64,000 bases of DNA from Candidatus Anstonellales archaeon (lineage in GTDB: Archaea > Micrarchaeota > Micrarchaeia > Anstonellales > J096): NCBI GenBank assembly GCA_038896535.1, contig JAWACY010000001.1:192001-256000 (forward strand). The letters run 5' to 3'. Numbering within the stretch: position 1 is the stretch's first letter; each line of letters opens with the position of its first letter. Made by a program: the position numbers and the translations under genes. The notes below the pieces were generated by a model. That model worked only from the letters and a program-made list of their open reading frames with translations, did not search any database and was not told where the DNA came from. Below are positions 59,487 to 64,000 of the stretch, one piece after another.

Positions 59487-59625
59487 TTTCCCATTTATTT
59501 TTTTATTTATTTTTATATTTAATTGACAAAATATGAATTGATAAACCAATAAGTTATTGTATAGAAAATTATTTAAATGTATATTTGAATGAAAAAAATA
59601 AAAAAACTTTCTATATAAACAACAT

Positions 59626-59811
59626 ATGGATGAATTAGATGAATTTTATAGTGCAAATTCTGAGATAAGGTATATAACAATAGAACTCATGAAGATAAGT
59701 GCTAGAAGAAAACAGCCATTTAGCGTAATTGCCAGAGAATTTGTAAAAAATGCAAAAATGCTACAATTTCTGATAAAAAAGAGTGCTAAGAAAAAGAAGG
59801 CAGGAAGTTAA
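59626..59811 (+). CDS. Small hypothetical protein
   Basis: 61 aa; abuts the next gene; natural composition. Confidence 0.6.
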   Translation: MDELDEFYSANSEIRYITIELMKISARRKQPFSVIAREFVKNAKMLQFLIKKSAKKKKAGS

Positions 59812-61515
59812 ATGGACAAAATAGAAACAGCATTAAAATTTAGTCAATATGCATCTATATTTGGCAACACAAGATTGCTCATAATTGCATTTATTTTTAT
59901 AAGTATAATAACGCTATTCTTATTTTATATATTAACAAATGATTTCGGCAAAGCTTTTAGCATTGTGCTTTATTTAATATTTTTGCCTTCTATTGCATTC
60001 GTTTCTTTTTGGAAAATCATATTCAGAAAATATTTACTGAGCCATGCTATAATGCTTGTTATAGCTTATTCTTTCATTGTTTTTGTTATTTTTGTAATAT
60101 CAGTAATAATGAATTATAGGTTTAATGAAACAGCGACTTTTATCATGCCAGTTGTTTTTATTGCTTCTTTGGCAATTGCTTTTGTATTGACAAACAGCAA
60201 GAAAGATAGTTTTATAACAGCAATAATATTGACGAGCTTTGTTGGTTTTTCCTTTTTTAATTATCTGAGTCTTTCTTATAGGCAGGTTTTAAAAGAAATG
60301 TTTTTATCATCTCTATTTGTCTTTTTTATGGCCTTTATATCTCTAAAGCTTATTGATGCTCCATTCAAAAAGAAGTATGGGGTATCTGCTATAACAATAG
60401 TTTCAAGCTTTTTATCTGGTTGGTTTTATGGTAATGAATCCCTTGAGAAAATGCTTGAAAGAATAGGGCAGAAAGTAAAAATAAAGGTAGTTTCTTTAAG
60501 GTTTGATTTAAAAGAAGGAAAAAAGAAAAATGTTTTTTATGCAATATTGCCATATTTCCATTTCGGCCCATTTGCAAATATTGGGAGCAGCAAGTTTCCA
60601 TCAATAGCAAAGCATTATTTTAATAATGTCATTGTTTTTCATGGCACTTCAACGCATGAGCTGAATCTTGTTGATTATGATCAAAACAGGAATGTATTAA
60701 AAGCAGTCGAAAATGCTAATTATAGAGAAGTAAAGAACGTATATATTGATAAGACATTTTATGGGGATGCAACAGCAGACCTTTTAAGTTTTGATGGGAA
60801 TGCAATAGTTTTTCTTTCAAGGGCACCGAAAATAACAGAAGATATTGCATATGAAGCTGGCCTGTTATTGATGGAAAAGCTAAAAAAAGAGTTTAATGAT
60901 GCCTACATTGTTGATAGGCATGATTCACCAGCCAGCAAGATTACAACATTCTCAGTGTTTTCAGAAGAGTTTTATGACTATATAAATGCAGTAGAGCAAT
61001 TAAAAAATAAAAAAGGCGTTAAGCCAAAAATAGGTTTTTGCTCCTCTCATTTAACTGCTCCAGAAGTTGATGAAGGTGGTTTGTCAGTATTATACATAAA
61101 AGCAAATAAAGAAATAGTAATAATAAGCATAGATTCAAATGGCATATCATTGCAGGCAAGTAATTATATAAATGGCGTATGCCAAAAACTTGGTATAGAG
61201 CCAATCATATGCACTACAGATAGTCATGGTAAAAATGTAATTGAAAATATTGTAAATGATTATAAAATTAATAACAAGGATAAAGAGATAATTAGGCAGT
61301 GTATATTAAATGCAAAAGAAAGCGCATTTAAAAGCGAGGCAAGAGTTTATTTATCAAGCCAAGACCTGAAATTAAACATAATAGGAAAGACAAACATAGA
61401 GGACTTTATAGCTACAATTAATGCGACTTGGGCAATATTAAAATATATATTGCCATTGAGCTTCATCTTAACGCTCATTGGCCTGTTTTTCATATTAGGG
61501 GCAGTAAGTTTTTAG
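59812..61515 (+). CDS. DUF2070-family membrane protein
   Basis: N-terminal TM bundle; HFGPF..IGSS, FHGTSTHE, DRHDS, TTDSH motifs; C-terminal TM. Confidence 0.8.
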   Translation: MDKIETALKFSQYASIFGNTRLLIIAFIFISIITLFLFYILTNDFGKAFSIVLYLIFLPSIAFVSFWKIIFRKYLLSHAIMLVIAYSFIVFVIFVISVIMNYRFNETATFIMPVVFIASLAIAFVLTNSKKDSFITAIILTSFVGFSFFNYLSLSYRQVLKEMFLSSLFVFFMAFISLKLIDAPFKKKYGVSAITIVSSFLSGWFYGNESLEKMLERIGQKVKIKVVSLRFDLKEGKKKNVFYAILPYFHFGPFANIGSSKFPSIAKHYFNNVIVFHGTSTHELNLVDYDQNRNVLKAVENANYREVKNVYIDKTFYGDATADLLSFDGNAIVFLSRAPKITEDIAYEAGLLLMEKLKKEFNDAYIVDRHDSPASKITTFSVFSEEFYDYINAVEQLKNKKGVKPKIGFCSSHLTAPEVDEGGLSVLYIKANKEIVIISIDSNGISLQASNYINGVCQKLGIEPIICTTDSHGKNVIENIVNDYKINNKDKEIIRQCILNAKESAFKSEARVYLSSQDLKLNIIGKTNIEDFIATINATWAILKYILPLSFILTLIGLFFILGAVSF

Positions 61516-61557
61516 GACTTAGCTTTTATCTTATTTATCCTTTTTAGCTTATATTAA

Positions 61558-61908
61558 TCATATTTTCTTTATTCTTACAATGCCATTCTCATTGTATATC
61601 TCCACCATCCCATTTAACGGCATTTCTATATCAACATTGCATGGAAATTCATTTTCTTTAATTGTAAAATCTTTTATTTCAGTTAATAATTGCATTGTTC
61701 TCTTACTTCCAATGCCTGATAAACATATTTCCTCAGCTCTCATCATAAGCCTTGATTTATCATAAATAGACATTTTGTGTTGCAATGCATTTTTATAATT
61801 GCTATTCATTTCAAATATAGCAGCAGCAGTTATGGCAAAAGCTGCTATTGAGATGAGCATTAATAAAGAAAATTCAGTACTCAACTGCGCTAGCTTGTGC
61901 TTTGGCAT
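61558..61908 (-). CDS. Class III signal peptide (pilin-like) protein
   Basis: KLAQLSTEF followed by a hydrophobic helix. Confidence 0.7.
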   Translation of the reverse strand: MPKHKLAQLSTEFSLLMLISIAAFAITAAAIFEMNSNYKNALQHKMSIYDKSRLMMRAEEICLSGIGSKRTMQLLTEIKDFTIKENEFPCNVDIEMPLNGMVEIYNENGIVRIKKI

Positions 61909-62162
61909 TTCCCTTCAACACACTTCTCTCCTTGCTGGCAATCAAAATCTGTCATGCATGTGCTATTTATGTTAGAAGTTATTTGTGCTACCTTATTTTC
62001 AAATGTGCTAGATGCCTGTTTTGCTCCAGAAAAAAGATTGCTAGCAACAATTGCTATTATTGCCACAATGATGACAAGCAATATTACCATCTCTGCAGAG
62101 AGCTGAGCTTTTTTACTTGCCTTTATTTTTTCCCTTCCCCTATTAATTTTTGCCAGTTGCAT
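61890..62162 (-). CDS. Class III signal peptide (pilin-like) protein with a Cys-rich C-terminus
   Basis: KKAQLSAEMVILLVIIV; C-terminal CMTDFDCQQGEKCVEGKC. Confidence 0.8.
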   Translation of the reverse strand: MQLAKINRGREKIKASKKAQLSAEMVILLVIIVAIIAIVASNLFSGAKQASSTFENKVAQITSNINSTCMTDFDCQQGEKCVEGKCQSTS

Positions 62163-62184
62163 AAATAAATTTGCGTAAAAACAA

Positions 62185-62682
62185 TTAAAAAGATTTCATT
62201 ATGTTGCAAAAACTACCTTTGTAATGACCAATAAAAAACAATCTTTTATTTTTATCCTTTATTACAATGTCTGCAACATCCTTATTTTCTGTAACTATAT
62301 CAGTTATTTTTTCAGCCATTCTTATATCATTGACGTTTTCTATTCTAATTGCAAGAAAGTTTTTATCCAATTCATCAATTATGTGCCCATCAATTATATT
62401 CTCATGAAAAGGCGGTAATAAAACTGCCCTTGCGTGTATCTTTTGCAATGCTTTTGCATAATTTATATTGCTTGTCTCAACCTGTACATGTATAAAGCGC
62501 GTCAGGGCATCATAAACATCAAAATTTTTCATCTTTCCATTTTTAAGATCAATATCTATAACATGCAAAAGCTTTATGCCTTTCAAGGACTTTATTTTGT
62601 TTATGCTACCAAAATGTTTTAGTGTTTCTCCCTCTAAAAAGAATTCTTTGTCTTTTAAATACACTAAAAGCCCCTTTATCAA
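62185..62682 (-). CDS. Degenerate HisA/HisF-like TIM-barrel protein
   Basis: VYLKD, LHVIDID, N..V..L, HVQVE resemble the HisA N-half; the GGG phosphate loop is absent. Confidence 0.5.
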   Translation of the reverse strand: MIKGLLVYLKDKEFFLEGETLKHFGSINKIKSLKGIKLLHVIDIDLKNGKMKNFDVYDALTRFIHVQVETSNINYAKALQKIHARAVLLPPFHENIIDGHIIDELDKNFLAIRIENVNDIRMAEKITDIVTENKDVADIVIKDKNKRLFFIGHYKGSFCNIMKSF

Positions 62683-63839
62683 GAGCCCACCTTTTTTGAT
62701 TTATTTATCCAGTCTTTAACAAAATTTATGAGTTCGTGCTTTTCAATACTTTGCAAGCTTCCTTTTGATGCTTCTATTTCATTGAATGCCTTTGTTTCAT
62801 CTTTTCCTATACTTTGTCCATAAGCAGTTATTATTGCTCCATGCGCGCTATGCCTTTTTAATTGCCATGGAGTAGCATGGTCACCAGTTATTATAATTGC
62901 ATCAAATTCATTTGAAATATGCTTTATTAATTCCCTATCTATTTTTTCATATGCTTTTATTTTTCCTTCTTCATTGCCATCATGTCCAAAATTATCTGCT
63001 GCTTTAACATGTATAAATACTATATCATTCATCTCTTTTGCCTTTATTGCCTCTCTTGCCTTTTCATAATAATTGCTTTTTATATCTCCAGTAGCATTTT
63101 TTATGTTTTTTGCTTTCATGCCAACAAATCTTGCTATGCCTTTATAAAGTGCCCCTCCAGCAATCATCTCAGCATTTAATCCATGTTTATCATAAAAGTT
63201 TTGCTCTTCTTTGAACATGCCAGGCCCTCTTAATAAAAGAGCATTTGCCTTTTCATTTTGAAGCCTTCCCATTATTATGTTAACTGCTTTATTAACAATG
63301 TCTGCTGTCTTTTTTGCTTGCTTGTTTAAAGGCATGCACTTCAGCAATTTCATTCCATCTTTCCCAGGATCTGTTGGCGAGATGTCTTTACTCAGGCCCT
63401 TGCCTTTTATCACTAAAACTCCCCTATGCTCAGTGCTGGCTTTAAATTGTATTTCATAACCATCTATGCTGAATGTTCCAATTTTTTTCTCAAGCTTTTT
63501 TGCATCTTCTGTTTTTATTCTTCCAGCCCTTCTATCTATAACAATATTGTTATCAACAATTGCAAAATTTGTCCTGAAAGCAAGGTCACCATGCTTAAGT
63601 TTTATATCAAGGCCAAGTGCTTCTAATGGGCCTCTGCCTATGTAATTTTTTTCGTCATAACCAAATATATAAAGATGGGCAATATCACTTCCAGGCACTA
63701 GGCCTTTTCCTATGCTATAGAAAATGCCCTGCCTGCCTTTCTTTGCTATTTCATCTAAATACGGCACATGTGCTTTTTCCAAGGGGCTATTTCCTGGAAT
63801 ATTGCCAAGGCCATCAATGATAATAAGTGCTGCTTTCAT
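62679..63839 (-). CDS. apgM: 2,3-bisphosphoglycerate-independent phosphoglycerate mutase (archaeal)
   Basis: IIIDGLG, PGSDIAHL, GRGPLEA, DRRAGRI, HVKAADNFGHDG, TGDHATP. Confidence 0.95.
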   Translation of the reverse strand: MKAALIIIDGLGNIPGNSPLEKAHVPYLDEIAKKGRQGIFYSIGKGLVPGSDIAHLYIFGYDEKNYIGRGPLEALGLDIKLKHGDLAFRTNFAIVDNNIVIDRRAGRIKTEDAKKLEKKIGTFSIDGYEIQFKASTEHRGVLVIKGKGLSKDISPTDPGKDGMKLLKCMPLNKQAKKTADIVNKAVNIIMGRLQNEKANALLLRGPGMFKEEQNFYDKHGLNAEMIAGGALYKGIARFVGMKAKNIKNATGDIKSNYYEKAREAIKAKEMNDIVFIHVKAADNFGHDGNEEGKIKAYEKIDRELIKHISNEFDAIIITGDHATPWQLKRHSAHGAIITAYGQSIGKDETKAFNEIEASKGSLQSIEKHELINFVKDWINKSKKVGS

Positions 63840-63887
63840 ATGCAATTTTTGTTGAATAATTTTAAAAAGGTTGTTTTATATAAAATT

Positions 63888-64000
63888 ATGGCAAGGGCAA
63901 TAAAAAATGAAGATAAAAGCAAAAGCATTGCAGTAATAACTAAAGGATATGGCCATGGTAATACTGAAAAATCTGCTCTTGATTCAGCATTAAGGCAAGC
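63888..64000 (+). CDS. pdaD: Probable pyruvoyl-dependent arginine decarboxylase, 3'-truncated by the window edge
   Basis: MARAIK...ITKGYGHGNTEKSALDSALRQA matches the G.G....AFD.AL..AG N-terminus; only 37 codons visible. Confidence 0.55.
   Translation, partial: MARAIKNEDKSKSIAVITKGYGHGNTEKSALDSALRQ

Overview
A 64 kb AT-rich, densely coding archaeal chromosome segment. RadA, MCM, TFB, aEF-2, aEF-1beta, GatD, Pus10, CarS and uS7/uS12 are all archaeal-type. The compact intergenic regions, AMP phosphorylase/R15P isomerase pair, ADP-forming acyl-CoA synthetase and bacterial-type DNA gyrase fit a DPANN lineage such as Micrarchaeota; this placement is an inference and was not tested. The window holds about 60 CDSs and four intron-less tRNAs (Val-CAC, Leu-TAA, Thr-TGT, Gly-TCC). 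I found no CRISPR array, rRNA, integrase or transposase. Main observations: (1) a 722-aa protein with a GGDEF (diguanylate-cyclase-like) domain, a second degenerate copy and a pre-toxin-like N-terminus, head-to-head with a processive GT2 glycosyltransferase; (2) a family of 38-bp hairpin repeats directly behind tRNA-Leu and tRNA-Thr, with a GCGAAGC mini-hairpin and a split copy of the tRNA 3' end; (3) five divergent gene pairs with a near-constant 48-50 bp start-to-start gap; (4) short tandem duplications in many intergenic regions; (5) several unusual orphans: a 1640-aa membrane protein, a clan CD-like protease, a DUF736-like gene beside radA, a basic repeat protein and a non-catalytic EndA subunit. 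All calls come from manual motif recognition; no database searches were run.
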